A DNA stretch of 55,894 nt from Octopus bimaculoides (Eukaryota). Position numbers and translations under genes: made by a program. The stretch lies in the NCBI RefSeq assembly GCF_001194135.2, contig NC_068986.1:8034256-8090149 (forward strand). The letters are read 5' to 3'. Positions 38,021 to 51,889 of this stretch are shown here, piece by piece (position 1 is the stretch's first letter; each line of letters opens with the position of its first letter). Below the pieces are notes generated by a model that did no database searches, had not been told where the DNA came from, and was given only the letters and a program-made list of their open reading frames with translations.

Positions 38021-38399
38021 AACTGCAAAAAATTATATATATATATTGTAATTTGTGGTTAGTCAGTATTTATTTATTTACATTTCTAATCCCTCCCCCC
38101 TTTTTTTGTTTTACTAATCATAAAAATTAATTCATTGTAATCTCAAATTTCTCACTTTGACATCTTTCATAATTTCCACGTTATATCAAGCCTGGAAATT
38201 CCGTTGTAAGCTTAATTCCTATCAGAAAGATGTTATTCATATTTTAACCCTAAACACATTCGTGAATCGATTAAATTGTTTGTTTGTTTGGAATGATCAC
38301 TTCTGCTTTAAGCCTTATTTTTGGTCTGGTAGACCGTTTAGCAGTTAGATTCTTTGTTTTGCTCAAAAAAGGACAAAAAAGTAGTGCCCCTCTCATTGT

Positions 38400-38568
38400 A
38401 TAACGGATGTGTCCCTTTATATTCCCTACTTCAAGGGTTCGATAAGTAGTTAACCTCTTTAGTAATCGCAAAAGTGGGAGAAGTATTATGACCAATAAGA
38501 TCAAGTAAATGTGCGAGTTTGGTGCACCAGTATGGCCACCGTCCAATAATCGGAGCAAGTAAAAGTTT
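38400..38568 (+). mobile_element. Degenerate SINE family A 3' half
   Basis: GGTGCACCAGTATGGCCACCGTCCAATAATCGGAGCAAGTAAAAG resembles the SINE A tail. Confidence 0.5.
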
Positions 38569-39219
38569 TACACACACACACACACACACACAAACACACA
38601 CATATATATACATATATATATATATATACAAGAATAAGGGCAGGGAATCGTCAATTAATAATAGAATTAATAATTAACAATTTTGCCAAGTAGTTCAGTA
38701 TGAAAAAACCTTTATCGGTAAAACCATTTATCATCATAAATATACAGGGATTAGCATTGAGTTGCTTCTCCAACATACTGAAAATTTAGAAATAGCAGTC
38801 AAAGAACTACTGATTCTAAACTACAAATTTTTCTCTAAACGGATGGCGATATTTATGGCACACATAGAACAAAAAACCGGAGGGAAAAGCGTAAACAAAA
38901 CAAGTCTTNNNNNNNNNNNNNNNNNNNNNNNNNNNNNNNNNNNNNNNNNNNNNNNNNNNNNNNNNNNNNNNNNNNNNNNNNNNNNNNNNNNNNNNNNNNN
39001 NNNNNNNNNNNNNNNNNNNNNNNNNNNNNNNNNNNNNNNNNNNNNNNNNNNNNNNNNNNNNNNNNNNNNNNNNNNNNNNNNNNNNNNNNNNNNNNNNNNN
39101 NNNNNNNNNNNNNNNNNNNNNNNNNNNNNNNNNNNNNNNNNNNNNNNNNNNNNNNNNNNNNNNNNNNNNNNNNNNNNNNNNNNNNNNNNNNNNNNNNNNN
39201 NNNNNNNNNNNNNNNNNNN

Positions 39220-39250
<31 letters not shown>

Positions 39251-39253
<3 letters not shown>

Positions 39254-40455
39254 GCATGACAGAAGTAAATAGACACATTTATGATCGTTAAAATTTATTT
39301 AAATCTGAAATTCTACATTCAAATTATTTATTGATTATTATAACGTGAATATTTAGTAGACATGCCCTTTGGATTTTTCAATGCAAGGACCCTATTAGGC
39401 ATGCTACTCATCAGATGCCGAATATCCTCTTGCGGAATTTCTTGCCAAGTTTCATGCAGTAATCTCAAAAGATCTGGCTTTGAGGCTGCTTTCTTGTTCT
39501 TTTTATGAAGTCTCCTGTGCAATATGACCGGAGGTGTTCAACAGGGTCCATATCTGGTGACTGGTTTGGCCATAGAAGCTTTTTAATGCCATTCTCTTCC
39601 AAGCAATCTTGAGTCTTTTTAGCTGTGTAACAAGGATCCCCAGCTTCCATTAATAGAGAGTTTTCTTTAATTATTTCCCCACTGGAGAAGATTGGAAGGA
39701 GTCCTTTCTGCAATATGGACACATATTTATCTGAGTTTAGGTTTTCCTCACAATCTACCAGCTCTGATCAGTCATTGCTCCAAATTGCACCCCAGACCAT
39801 CACAGAATTGCCACCCTGTTTCATTGTCAGCTGCAATCTTTTCACACCAAATTCTTGATCACAGAGTCTCCAGATCCACACTTGACCACTCTCAGAAAAT
39901 ACAGCAATTCTGGACTAATCAGAGAATATGATAGTGCTCCCCACCATCTCACTGGTTCAATCTTTTCTTCACTTGATATTGGCTGGTTAAAGAAGTGGCT
40001 TCCTTCTTGCTGTTCTGCCATAGTAGCCAAGCTTGTGAAAATACCTGACAGCTGTTCTCAGACTGAGATCAACATGCTTTGCTATGTCAGAGACCTTGCA
40101 ACGACGATCATCTTTCATACTTCTCTTAGCAAAGTGAAGAGTCCTGTCAACGTGCCCTGATCGACTTGGGGAAGGTGATGTGGACTCCAGCCTTTCTCTG
40201 GTGAATTGCACAATCACTCTATTAACTGTAGAAAGTGGGATCCCAGTGTTTTCTGAGATTTCACGTTGACTAAATCCACCTTCAGATTGAAATTCGGACA
40301 GTTCCGTAGCTTCTTTTGTACGTGGCATGATCAATCAGTTACATAGAGAACCTGAAATATAAAAATGCCAATCAATAAAAAATATAAAATGTTTGAAGTT
40401 AAAATAAACATAAAACCATGTTTTATGAGGTATCTATTTACTTCTGTCATGCCTG
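39251..40455 (-). mobile_element. Full-length Tc1-like (DD34E) DNA transposon
   Basis: Perfect 23-bp TIRs CAGGCATGACAGAAGTAAATAGA (39251-39273 and 40433-40455) enclose a transposase relic. The left flank is TA; the right flank is a (TG)n tract. Confidence 0.95.
39328..40328 (-). pseudogene. Tc1 transposase, frameshifted
   Basis: MPRTKE...[22 protein letters not shown] (HTH), ARRKPLL, KQGGNSVMVWGAIWS, MEAGDPCYTAKKT...WPNQSPDMDPVEH (34 residues between the position of the second D, here A, and E), and SMPNRVLALKNPKGMSTKY. Confidence 0.9.
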
Positions 40456-41771
40456 TGTGTGTATGTATATGTGTGTGTGTGTGCGTGAGCGTGTATGTGT
40501 ATGTATTTGTGTGTGTGTGTGTGTGTGTGTGTGCATATTCATGCATGAATGTGTATGTGTTTATATGTGTATAAACACATACACATTGCACTTGAACATC
40601 TATTTGTAAATGTATATTGCTAAGCAAACTCATCACATTTATTCTGAAATAATAATTAATATTAAACTAAGGAGCGTTGCTTAACACATCTCACAAAATT
40701 CTATATTATTTAAAGCAACCTCTTAAGAATTATCTCGCCCATTGGGCTTAAATTCTAAGTATTCATCTCAGAAAAGCGCTATGGATTATTAGAAGAGAAA
40801 TATATTGGTACTAATGGGAATCTTCACAGATTAATTTTTTTATATACTTTTTCTTCGTACCTATTTTGTAAGCAATCTAGCTTTTATTTAATTTCTAGAT
40901 TTCTTTTCATATTCCGTATTTTCCTATTATTCGTAAATTACATTCTGTTTTATGCGCGAGAAATATTTCAGTGTTACATTACAGAGTCACTTTAATTTTA
41001 TTATATTTCATGGCTCTTTGGAAGATGGTTACATGATATTTCGAAGAATTCTGCATCAATCGCCGCCTTAAGAGTATATTACCAAGACTAATGGAAGTAA
41101 AACTAAATTAATCGACTATCGCTTGCTGATTATATAAAAAGAGGTCAAGAGCTGCAACACTATTCATTAATTACTTCTTGACTCTTTCTCAACTATTTAC
41201 CCTAGATAATACATAAATCATTTTAGTTCCGCACCCAAATTTCATATTCTCTACATTATTTTTTATTTAATGAAAAGATTATATATTCTATTCTTCCAAA
41301 TGCTTTCCTGTGGCAGGTTCAACGTGACAGCCAATTCGCAGGTAACTTTCAAAGTATCTGATTTATACTAATACATTATTTTATTGTCTCCCACTTTAGA
41401 TATTAAAAATCACCGTAACGCTTCATTTCCTCAATGCATCTGCATCTGTAACAAAATCGAACTACTATACTTGTTTATAAGAATTATTAATAATAGAAAC
41501 AGGTGATTAATGACCCACCAGAAATGACAAACAAACTGTTTTAGAAATATACTATTGCATTCATTTCATTGTATAAAGTGTATATATGTGCATAAACGTA
41601 TGTGTATATATTTCTGTGCGTATGTGTTTGTGTGATGAGTTGACAATAGTATATGCATTATGAAATATGTATGCGAAAGATAGTTCAGCAATGTCTGACT
41701 AGCTTCTAATGTTAAAGGCTCTGAGTTATTTTATGTCCAAAGTTTTCATGCAGTTATTATTGCTTTTTATG

Positions 41772-41772
<1 letters not shown>

Positions 41773-41856
<84 letters not shown>
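41773..41856. repeat. (CT)n microsatellite followed by a (TA)/(CA)/(TG) block
   Basis: Directly visible in the sequence. Confidence 0.95.
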
Positions 41857-41859
<3 letters not shown>

Positions 41860-42103
41860 CTTTACTTATATATGTGTGCATATATACATATATACACACA
41901 CACACACATATATATACATAAGCACACCTACATACATGTTCACACACACGAACGCATATATGTATATATATATATGTGTGTGTGTGTATATATGTGTGTG
42001 TATATATATATATATATGTGAATATATATACATATATAACGGAGTAAGCACATAAATATGAAACAAGGGGGAAAAAGAGTACTCAAATACCAGAGGTAGA
42101 GTA

Positions 42104-42663
42104 ATATACTTTATTTAAAAGCAGCAGAAATATAACAAAAAGCTGTTACTCAGAGTTTCATGTTCCCGTTCGTCGGACAGTTTTGTTAAAATGGAACAGA
42201 AATAACGATATAATCAAAACTAGTTAAAGGATTCACCTTTACAATGCATCTGTGTAGTTTGATGTAAATATGTATATTACAGATGGTCTAGAATGCGTAT
42301 ATACTGTTGTAAAATATTTATGTAATGCAACGTGAGCATTTTAATTTAAATGTATTAATTGGCTTATATTTCGTATATAATTATTTACAATATGTATTTT
42401 GAATCTACTTTTCGATTTAAGGTTTTCGATTTTACAATAGGATGAATTTATATTGAATTCATTTATTTTGTTCAGTGCATGCTTAAGACCGTTAATTGAA
42501 GCGACCAATGAAACAAATCCATTTTTAAAGGTGTATCCTTTAACTAGTTTTGATTATATCGTCATTTCTGTTCCATTTTAACAAAACTGTCCGACGAACA
42601 GGAACATGAAACTCTGAATAACAGCTTTTGTTATATTTCTGCTGCTTTCAAAATAAAGTATAT
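42104..42663. repeat. Long inverted repeat: 138-bp arms (42104-42241 and 42526-42663) around a 284-bp AT-rich spacer; probably Penelope-terminus derived
   Basis: The arms align with about 6-7 differences by eye. Each carries CTGTCCGACGAAC(G/A)GGAACATGAAACTCTG. Confidence 0.9.
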
Positions 42664-42867
42664 ATATATATATATATACACACACCATTAAGGTATTCGG
42701 CGTNNNNNNNNNNCCCGCCATAAAGTTTTCTCAAAACAATTTGAAAAACCTACACGACTAGGTGAAAAGCGCTTCATTTAATATGTGACATTAATAAAAA
42801 TCTGTAAGTGTACAAACATCCAGGTTTCTGAGTACCTTAATTTTTTATATATAATTTCTGTACATCA

Positions 42868-42908
<41 letters not shown>

Positions 42909-44618
42909 CATTAAGGTATTCGGCGTAATTGATCAAATATTTAGTTCCACATTACATCTGTATTCCTACAGCTACCCTTTGTCATTTGTTTCTTCATATT
43001 TGTCTATGGACGTCTCAATAGCTTTTTATCATTTGCTTCAGATATGAAATCACCATTCACTCATTACATTTAACTAAAAATTAAACAGAAAGCAAAATAA
43101 GATAAAATGTTTAGTGAAACTTTAAATTTTATCAGTCGACATATTTTTCATTTCTGAGATGTCAAATTGCAACTTCAACGCTTAATACTATTATTATAAA
43201 TATAAGCTTTCTTTTATAATAAAATAGTTTAATCTATAACAGGGAGCATATGTCACAGAGTAAAATTTAACTGGGCAACGCTTTGCTTGACCAATGAACA
43301 CCTAAAATGAGCAGAGCTTAGTTGTTGAGAGGTATAATTGTTGTTGATGTTCTTGTTAATCTCCAAGTCACCTCTGATTTAACAAACCTTTAAAACCAAA
43401 ACCAGAAGAACATTGAAACTATGACCAGCCACTTTTCCAAAGTGTTTCTTAAACTGAAAATCCTGGGTGGTCATAATTGGAACGTAAATTATTAACGGTT
43501 TGCTTGATAATAGTTGACTTGAAGCTAAACAAAACAGCATTAAACTTCAGGGCGCAATTGTTGGTCGGCCTAGTTAGTTACATAGTGATGCTTTGCTTAT
43601 TTCAAAATGAATTGCTATGTCTGGATTGGAACCAGTATTTTTATGCATGAGTGATAACAGAACGTGTGAAGGGTTATGATATGACAGTAATTGCAAGAGC
43701 TCGGTAAAATACCCTGAGTTCTATAGCAATTTTAAATTACACTCGTATTTCAAATTCCTCTGAGATGAATGTTTACTGTCACCCTTCAGTTGTCGATAAA
43801 AGAAATACGTGTTATGGACAGTACGTTCGTTCAAGTCACAGTATCCCTCCTTCATAAAACTGTAGCTTTAAATCAGTTTTTGAAATAAATATTACACTGC
43901 TTTGTAGAAAAACGAGTAACCTTATCTCCATTTTGATGAGAATTCCTAAAAGTGATGTCGACTTTAGATTTTAATTCATTTAGATTAACAAAACAAGAAT
44001 CACAAATAATATATCGAGATTTTTTTTTTAATGAAGCTTATCTGACACCAACTAGAATTCATATTTGGCGCAGTAAAAGTGAATTAATGTACTGAAACTA
44101 ATGTCATTGTATGACATTGGCAGCTTCAATATTCTGACATTCCAAAATCTATATTAACTATTTTAGCTTGTTCTATCTCGCACAAGAGAGAACATTACTA
44201 ATCATTTCAATGTTCCTGTCGATTTCTCTCCTTTACATTCCTGTTACAGTAAATGTGTTTGTGCATCAACATTTCTTTTAACTTCCCCATTATGTTGTTA
44301 TATTAGAGATGATATGTTCATTGTGTTGGTGTTGGTGTCTTTCTTGTTCTTCGTTTCCCAATTTGTATCGAGTGCACTGACAGTTCTTCGTGTTGTTATA
44401 AGTTATTCTTGCTGAAGTCAGTCTTACTTTTCTGTTCACATTTCGTGCTTTTATTCTTTGAATTCAGTTTAATAAAGTTAACCTTTTCCAAAACAAAATA
44501 ATATTCTACGATGCCTGGGGATTTTCTGACTTGGAACTTACTGATTATTCAATAACTTGGTGGGAATACGTTACTATTGTAAACTATTTTGTTGTTATTA
44601 TGTGTCTACCAATGTAAA

Positions 44619-44621
<3 letters not shown>

Positions 44622-44669
<48 letters not shown>
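44622..44669. repeat. (GTA)n microsatellite; a second tract lies at about 45680-45750
   Basis: Directly visible in the sequence. Confidence 0.95.
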
Positions 44670-44671
<2 letters not shown>

Positions 44672-45004
44672 ACAAGTAGCTCAGTGTCACGAATTTTTTA
44701 TCGATCTGTTTTTTTTTATTGATATTAAGATTTTATATTACTAAATGTCTGTGTAATTTTTTTTTTCGTTGCAGAATTGCCTTTGATTCACAAGGGACTT
44801 GCTCAAATTATTTGTATCGCTGCTCTACAGTAGAAACATTTTTTACTAACAAAATTCAAAAGAAGCGTGCACGCACACGCACCAGTCACACACTTACATA
44901 AAGACTCGAAATGTTAGGGAAAGGGCTAACAAGGCATGGTACAAGTTGTAAGTAAGAAGAGATGGCCATTGAAAGCCCCGTTCCGACTCACTTGTTATTG
45001 AAGA

Positions 45005-45047
45005 CTTTTGTCCGGCGTGCTAACGATTCTGCCCGCTCGCCGCCTTA
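45005..45047 (-). mobile_element. SINE family B head fragment
   Basis: TTTGTCCGGCGTGCTAACGATTCTGCCCGCTCGCCGCCTT is the reverse complement of the SINE B 5' end. Confidence 0.7.
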
Positions 45048-45687
45048 ACACCGTCCTTTTGCAATGGCTTCTTCTCGACAAGGCTTCGTGGACGAATGGA
45101 TTTGATGCCGAAAGGAGATGTGGGCTTGCACCTGTCTGTACGTGAATGTGTTTCAGTAGGAGTTGACCCTGCTGAGAAGTCGTCTAATGGCTGATGGTCT
45201 TGATAGAAGTGTATTTCTTGGCGGTGCTGGTGTTCTTGCTTGATTGAGAATGGTTAAAGTCTTCTTCAAGAACAGAAGTGAGACAGAACAGGGCTTTCAA
45301 TGGTAATCGCTTCTTTCTGAAAACAACATTAACATTGGCTGCAGCTGTATTTATTAATTTCAATCATTCTCTTGCCTTTAGCTGTTACGGAAAACTGCTT
45401 GTAGATCAACAGTTTTTAATAAGGCTTTCGATTCAAAAAATGTTTCACTTAATGATTATGTTAAAAATAATATGAGAATGATATTTGTTTCAGATTACAG
45501 GGAGTTGAGCTAAAGTTGGGACAGTGACATCAAACATAATGGGATGATATTCCAGTGGGTATTAGGCGGGAGTGTTTATTGATTGTGATGTGATGTTGGT
45601 GGTGATTATCATCTCGGCGACAATCGTGAGATTCATTGATAAACATCACAGCGATAATGAAATAACAAGGAAATTGTATTAGTAGTC

Positions 45688-45751
<64 letters not shown>

Positions 45752-45960
45752 ATACGGTTTAAAATTTTGGCCCAAAGCCAATAATTTCGGGGAAGGGAAG
45801 GAGTCGATTACATCGACCGCAGTACTTGACTGGCACGTATTTTATTGAGTGAAAACGATAAAAGCAAAGTCGACTTTGGCGGAATTCGAAATCATAACGC
45901 AAGGGTGACGGACGTAATACTGCTAAGCATTTTGCCCGACGTACTGAAGTTTCTGACAGT
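45752..45960 (-). mobile_element. SINE family B, near complete
   Basis: GAGTCGATTACATCGACCGCAGTACTTGACTGGCAC...AAAGTCGACTTTGGCGGAATTCGAAATCATAACG...ATACTGCTAAGCATTTTGCCCG is homologous to the reverse complement of 22158-22372. Confidence 0.8.
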
Positions 45961-46084
45961 TGTAAATAGATGGAAGGAAGTCATAGATAATGAGGGAAAG
46001 TACATTGATGATTAAATTTCAGTTAAATATAACATTTGATCACTTGTTTCCTTTATTCAAAATTCATACAGAACTTACTGGATG

Positions 46085-46270
46085 ACCTGATAGAATATTT
46101 CTAAGGATGAATATTTGCTCGGTTGTGCTTGTTATCTTGCAGAATCCAGCCTGATCTTTCCACCGTGCCTGATCGACTCCTCTCTGTATTCTCTCAATGA
46201 TGACTCGCTCTAAACTTGTTTCAGTTAAAAGGAATTTGTAGCTTGAAGGCAATGTCAATTGTCTTTCCTT
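46085..46270 (-). mobile_element. RTE-clade LINE reverse transcriptase fragment
   Basis: RVIIERIQRGVD..RWKDQAGFCKITSTTEQIFILRNIL matches the non-LTR RT motif EQAGFR..RST.EQIF.LR.I.E. Confidence 0.8.
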
Positions 46271-47061
46271 CTGGTTGAAAGTAGTAGCTATTTCAATCTA
46301 AGCTGTACAGGACGGTGGGTGCCTGTTTGTTAACAGACAGGCATAAGATATAAAGGAAAGAAGTTATTGAAATTTCAGGTGCACTTACATATTAGTATAT
46401 CAGCAACACTACATTCATCAGAGCCCGAGAAACTGGACGTTGTTTATCATTTAGTTTTTCTAAGTTTGGTGACGGGAAGTGTTTGATTTTACTTCTAGGA
46501 AGGAGAGGATCACAACGAGAACATGTTTGAGCAAGTATTGCGCAGTTCACTCCAATTTTCGCCAAACAAATGACATTCTGTTATTGCAAAATGACGTTTT
46601 TAACGGCAGCTATCGCTTGATCTTCATGCAACATGTCTTTCAGTGTAGATGCTTTGTATTCCAGTCTTGAAATGGTTGCATCAATGGAATGGCAATGGAG
46701 ATAGTTTCTCATAAACACTGAAAGACGTCAGTGGATATTTGAAACCCAGAAACAGCCATTAAAGTGTTATTTTCCACAAATCTCAAGCCTTTGCAAGCCT
46801 CTGCTAATCATGTCACTTTCACTTTATTAATATTCTGTAAGTTTTCATAGGATGTAAAAGCCGAGAGCATGAAGGAACAGAAGTGTCAAGAAAAGAATTC
46901 CCTAAGTAACTAACAAAGTACATCATTACACGTACCAGAACTCTTTCTTGACAATACAGAATTGCAGAATAGCATAAAATCAGTGCAGTGTAAAGTCTCA
47001 CGCTGCCACGCTCTCTTGATCAGCTATTGTGCATTTCTTTGTGTATATATATATATAGGAT

Positions 47062-47380
47062 CGCGGTTTCGGCCGTTGTGAGTGTTTCTTAAATGAAAAC
47101 ACCTAAAGCTCTACAAGACTCCGGCAGAGGGTTGTGGCAAACTCTGCTGTACTTTTTCACCACAACTTTCTCTCACTCTTTCTTCCTGTTTCTGTTACAT
47201 CTGTATTTCAAAGGGCCAGCCTTGTCACACTGTGTCACGCTGAATCTCCTCGAGAACTACGTTAAGGGTACACGTGTCTGTGGAGTGTTCAGCCACTTGC
47301 GGGTTAATTTCACGAGCAGGCTGTTCGTTTGATCGGATCGACTGGAACCCTCGTTGTCGCCGTAACCGACAGAGTGCCGC
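47062..47380. mobile_element. Interspersed SINE-like repeat embedded in (TA)n
   Basis: A GC-richer block (AAAGGGCCAGCCTTGTCACACTGTGTCACGCTGAATCTCC...GGAACCCTCGTTGTCGCCGTAACCGACAGAGTGCC) bounded by TA runs. It is recognised only from memory of octopus repeats, and there is no second copy in the window. Confidence 0.5.
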
Positions 47381-47557
47381 GATATATNNNNNNNNNNNNN
47401 NNNNNNNNNNNNNNNNNNNNNNNNNNNNNNNNNNNNNNNNNNNNNNNNNNNNNNNNNNNNNNNNNNNNNNNNNNNNNNNNNNNNNNNNNNNNNNNNNNNN
47501 NNNNNNNNNNNNNNNNNNNNNNNNNNNNNNNNNNNNNNNNNNNNNNNNNNNNNNNNC

Positions 47558-47589
<32 letters not shown>

Positions 47590-48240
47590 TGAATAAATTG
47601 TCAACAGAAAGGTGTACGTTTAGACAGCCATTTAATAAACACCACACATGTTTCGATACCACATATGTCCACATATACACAAGATTTAGATGAAGCAACG
47701 GTTTACCTGTATAACGGGATCCAGCTGTATCTCCTCAGGTGATATATAATCGCTGTCCTCATTAGTGAATCTTTGACTTTGATGCTAACACATCCAACTG
47801 GCTCTTTTGAATCTAGTAGACACTAGCAGTTCCATAACTTGCATCTATACGCTCGACATGAGCGGCATTGTATACACTGACCGTCCACTTTGTTTCACAT
47901 GTTATGTTGCACATGCTAAATTTTATCATTTCCCAAATACACTCACACATACTCTCATACACATAAATTCACTGACGCACATATACACACAACTGCATCT
48001 CTGGGCGTCCCTATACATACATACATACACACACACACACATACACACATACACATATAGGTACGCATATGCACATGCACCCCCCCCATACACATATCGA
48101 TCACCAAACACATTTAGATCACATACATACATCTACTCATGTTCATGCACATAGGTGTACACACACTCCATCATATAGATGTGAGCAAAAAAGATGGGTG
48201 TGAGGAAATAGAATATATAATTATGTGTCAAGACCTCATT

Positions 48241-48562
48241 AAAGGCCTGTGATATGCAGGTGACTGACTGGGAGAGCAATGTCCGTCATCGCCACAGATG
48301 GAGGCAGCTGGTTAAGGAGGGGATTGACACTTTTGAGAGAGCACGTATTCTGAATGCAGAACTTAAGCAGGCTGCGCGAAAGCGCACTGCTGGTGTAGTG
48401 AGTGGCGAAAGCTTGGTGTGCAATATTTGCAGTTGTGTATGCTTGTCAAGAGCAGGGCTTATTAGCCACCAACGGAGCAGCAAATGCAAAGTATAAGTTA
48501 GTCCTGGATGTTACTGAATGTCAGCAATAGTCTTCCTTGGTCACGAGTGGACGGCCATCATG
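48241..48562 (+). mobile_element. RTE-clade LINE 3' end with C-terminal zinc finger and (CA)n tail
   Basis: KACDMQVTDWESNVRHRHRWRQLVKEGIDTFERAR...LVCNICSCVCLSRAGLISHQRS* is followed by a short 3' UTR ending GGACGGCCATCATG and then a microsatellite tail. Confidence 0.85.
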
Positions 48563-48573
48563 TATGTATACAT

Positions 48574-48662
<89 letters not shown>

Positions 48663-49484
48663 ATAACTTTGTTACTCTCCGGGTAAATTGTGAGAGACTT
48701 CCCATACATTTTGTACACAGAAATTCGTCACATTTTATCGTCGCTTTTATCGTATTGCGCAGCTTCCCTCTCTACATGAGTGAAACTTCTCATCTACACG
48801 AAAGTTTACTTATGTAATTTGCAGGCTTACTTAGGTGTGTAGCTTATATTCATTACAGGGGAAGGAACAGAATTCCTGTTCAAGTTGTCGTCTAGATTTC
48901 TTTAGAAGATTATTGTTAAAAGGTGCAGCATCGCTATTATTTATTTGGCAGCTTACAATATGAAGCTCAATATTGAATCATTTTATGACGTAGATATCCA
49001 TCAACATGTTTAAACAGTGAAAAGAGTAGAGAAGAACGAAGACTTACTGTTCTTCAAAAATCGAACAAACAATTAATAGACAACATTTATACATCTCCCA
49101 CACCAGGAATATTCTGAAGATATTATGAGACAAAAGAGAAAATAAAATACAAGAACAATAAGCTGTTAGTAAAATTTAAAATAATAAATTACACTGAAAT
49201 GAAAGAGAGCGTCCTGAAATCGTTGATGTTTTTCGACATGAAATGTTTCCAAATCAGATCTCTGGTGCATTTCGTTAAGAATTCATTAAGTGAGCAATGT
49301 CATAAAGTGCTTTAAATGAACCTAGCCAGTAAGCTGTCTTCTTTTATTTCCTTTAAATATATTTTCTATAGATTTTTTTTGCTTGTACTTTCTAAATTAC
49401 TTTCATGAATATATGTAAATATGTGTATACATACGTGTATGTATGTGTGTATGTGTTGAGGTGTAAGCGTATATGTATGTATAT

Positions 49485-49543
<59 letters not shown>

Positions 49544-49599
49544 GGAGTGTGTGTGTGTGTGTGTGCGTGCGTGCTATGTCGGGCTGCTGTTCGGCGCTA

Positions 49600-49900
49600 C
49601 TGGTAACATGTACCTTTTCCCGTGACATCAGCCCCTATGAAAGAGAAAGAAAATTTTTGCCTTGGAAACCCTGTCCTATAGCCGGGACCGGTCCATTGTA
49701 ATCGATGCCGGACTATTGTGGGCATAGACCAGTAAGGTAATCCAAGTGAAATATTCTTAATTTGGACTTCAATCTCTGTGACGTCAGTCGTGCGCCTCAT
49801 CGGACACCTGTACAGAAAATGTCCGTTTGACGGAGGAAGTGATCTATTTGGAGAGCACATACATTTAATCTCTTCGATCCTGAGTTCTTGCATATGGAAC
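49600..49900 (-). mobile_element. Possible RTE-like LINE C-terminal remnant
   Basis: IVRHRLQWTGPGYR loosely resembles IR.RQLRW.GH..R. It is heavily decayed. Confidence 0.35.
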
Positions 49901-50159
49901 CCTCATTTGTCGTTTACCACAAGAGACACCACCGTGTCTGTGTGTATGTATTTAGATGCATGTATGGATGCATGGCCCTTTAAAAGTTTTAACACATACT
50001 TCCATATATCGCATAATGTCTCTTTATTCTTCATTCTTATTTGTACACGTGTTTTATTTTTCGACACTCCACGTTATCTTTTCTTCCTTTTTATCCTCTG
50101 GTTGAAGTTTCGTATACTTTGTATCTTTCCGAGCCTTTGTGGTTGACAAAGAAAAGATT

Positions 50160-50372
<213 letters not shown>

Positions 50373-51150
50373 TGTGTTGAATTTAAATTTGTCTTGATTG
50401 TTAGCGGTGATGATATTATAGTTGTGACAATGTATGTTGTTCTCGTTCCTATTTTGTTAGAGGTGGGCATAGAATAGCGGATCCAGTGTTACTGTTGATA
50501 AATAGCGTTCTTTTTGTCGATAATATTGAATGAAGAAGAAGTGTTACAGAGTATAGCTGATGCTGATATCGTATTCGTGGTTACAGCATCTCTTGCAGCT
50601 CTTTCACCGACTATATTCATGTTACCATTCTTTGTGGAATATATTCCATAGCATAAATCACTGCAATGATTCTATATTCTGAATTCTGTATCATTAATGC
50701 CTATTTTTTCCCTCCTTTTAGCGACTTTATAATAGACGAAACTGCATCAACAATGTCTACTGCATGCTATTCCGTTCTATTATTTCTTACATATGCATGA
50801 CAGTGTGTGTATGTGTATGCGTAGGTGCTTTGCTGTGACTCTGCGTGTAGTTATGCTTCTATGCGTGTATGCGTGTATATCCTAATGCATAGGCGTGTGA
50901 ATGTGTACCTTATGTTTTAACATCAATAGTAAAGTGATTATATCCGTGAGCTATTTGATTCAGCAAAGTCTAATAAAGAAATAATGTGATAACGCATACA
51001 CATTCGCTTAACATGCAGTAAGACAGGATGAGAAAGACGACGTCAATTCACGTGTTAGGTCGCTATGGAAACGAAGGTAAAGCAGATACAGAGGGAAATA
51101 TATAAATGAAAAATATATACCAGTATTCAAATCATACATACGTGCGAACG

Positions 51151-51198
<48 letters not shown>

Positions 51199-51215
51199 GT
51201 GTATGTAGACACACT

Positions 51216-51249
<34 letters not shown>

Positions 51250-51448
51250 TATGCGTGCGTGTGTGTGTGTGTGTGTATGTGTATTCGCTCGTACATAAAT
51301 ATATCAAAGCATATAAGCACGAAAATTTGCTGCAGGCAAAAGACAGCAGACCAGCATGTTTTTTCATAGCAAAAAACTATGCACGAATCTCACCCTCGTC
51401 CTATTTAATATCTATATGAATTTCTTGTTAAAGAGTATTGTCTTCCCC

Positions 51449-51487
<39 letters not shown>

Positions 51488-51736
51488 CTCTCTCTCTCTT
51501 TCCTTCTCGCTTTCTTTATCTCTCCCTCTCTCAATCTGTGTGAGTAGATATGTATTATGTTTAAACAGGCGTGTTTCAAATTACTTAACTCTTTTCATAT
51601 ACCTTTTATTAAAAAGACACAGGCAGATATATGCATACATATATGCATATATATACACATATATATATATACATACATATTTATGCCGTATACACATACA
51701 TGTGTATATATATACTTATATATATGTATGTATGTG

Positions 51737-51799
<63 letters not shown>

Positions 51800-51826
51800 A
51801 TGTGTGTGTTTGTGTGTTATCCATGA

Positions 51827-51889
<63 letters not shown>

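Larger units (their letters stand above)
2913..47556. other. Twelve assembly gaps (N runs)
   Basis: N runs at 2913-3150, 5762-6657, 8690-8752, 10273-11135, 11700-11898, 14382-15082, 19670-19683, 22774-22837, 37265-37450, 38909-39219, 42704-42713 and 47388-47556. Most abut microsatellites. Confidence 0.98.

Noticed and set aside
42677-42926. Direct duplication of (TA)n-CACACACCATTAAGGTATTCGGCGT at 42677-42703 and 42900-42926
   Set aside because: The first copy ends at a 10-N gap, so it is most likely a contig-end overlap or scaffolding artefact.
45050-45275. Possible RTE 3' end on the minus strand
   Set aside because: It is GC-richer and ends like a LINE tail, but no zinc finger or other motif could be read reliably.
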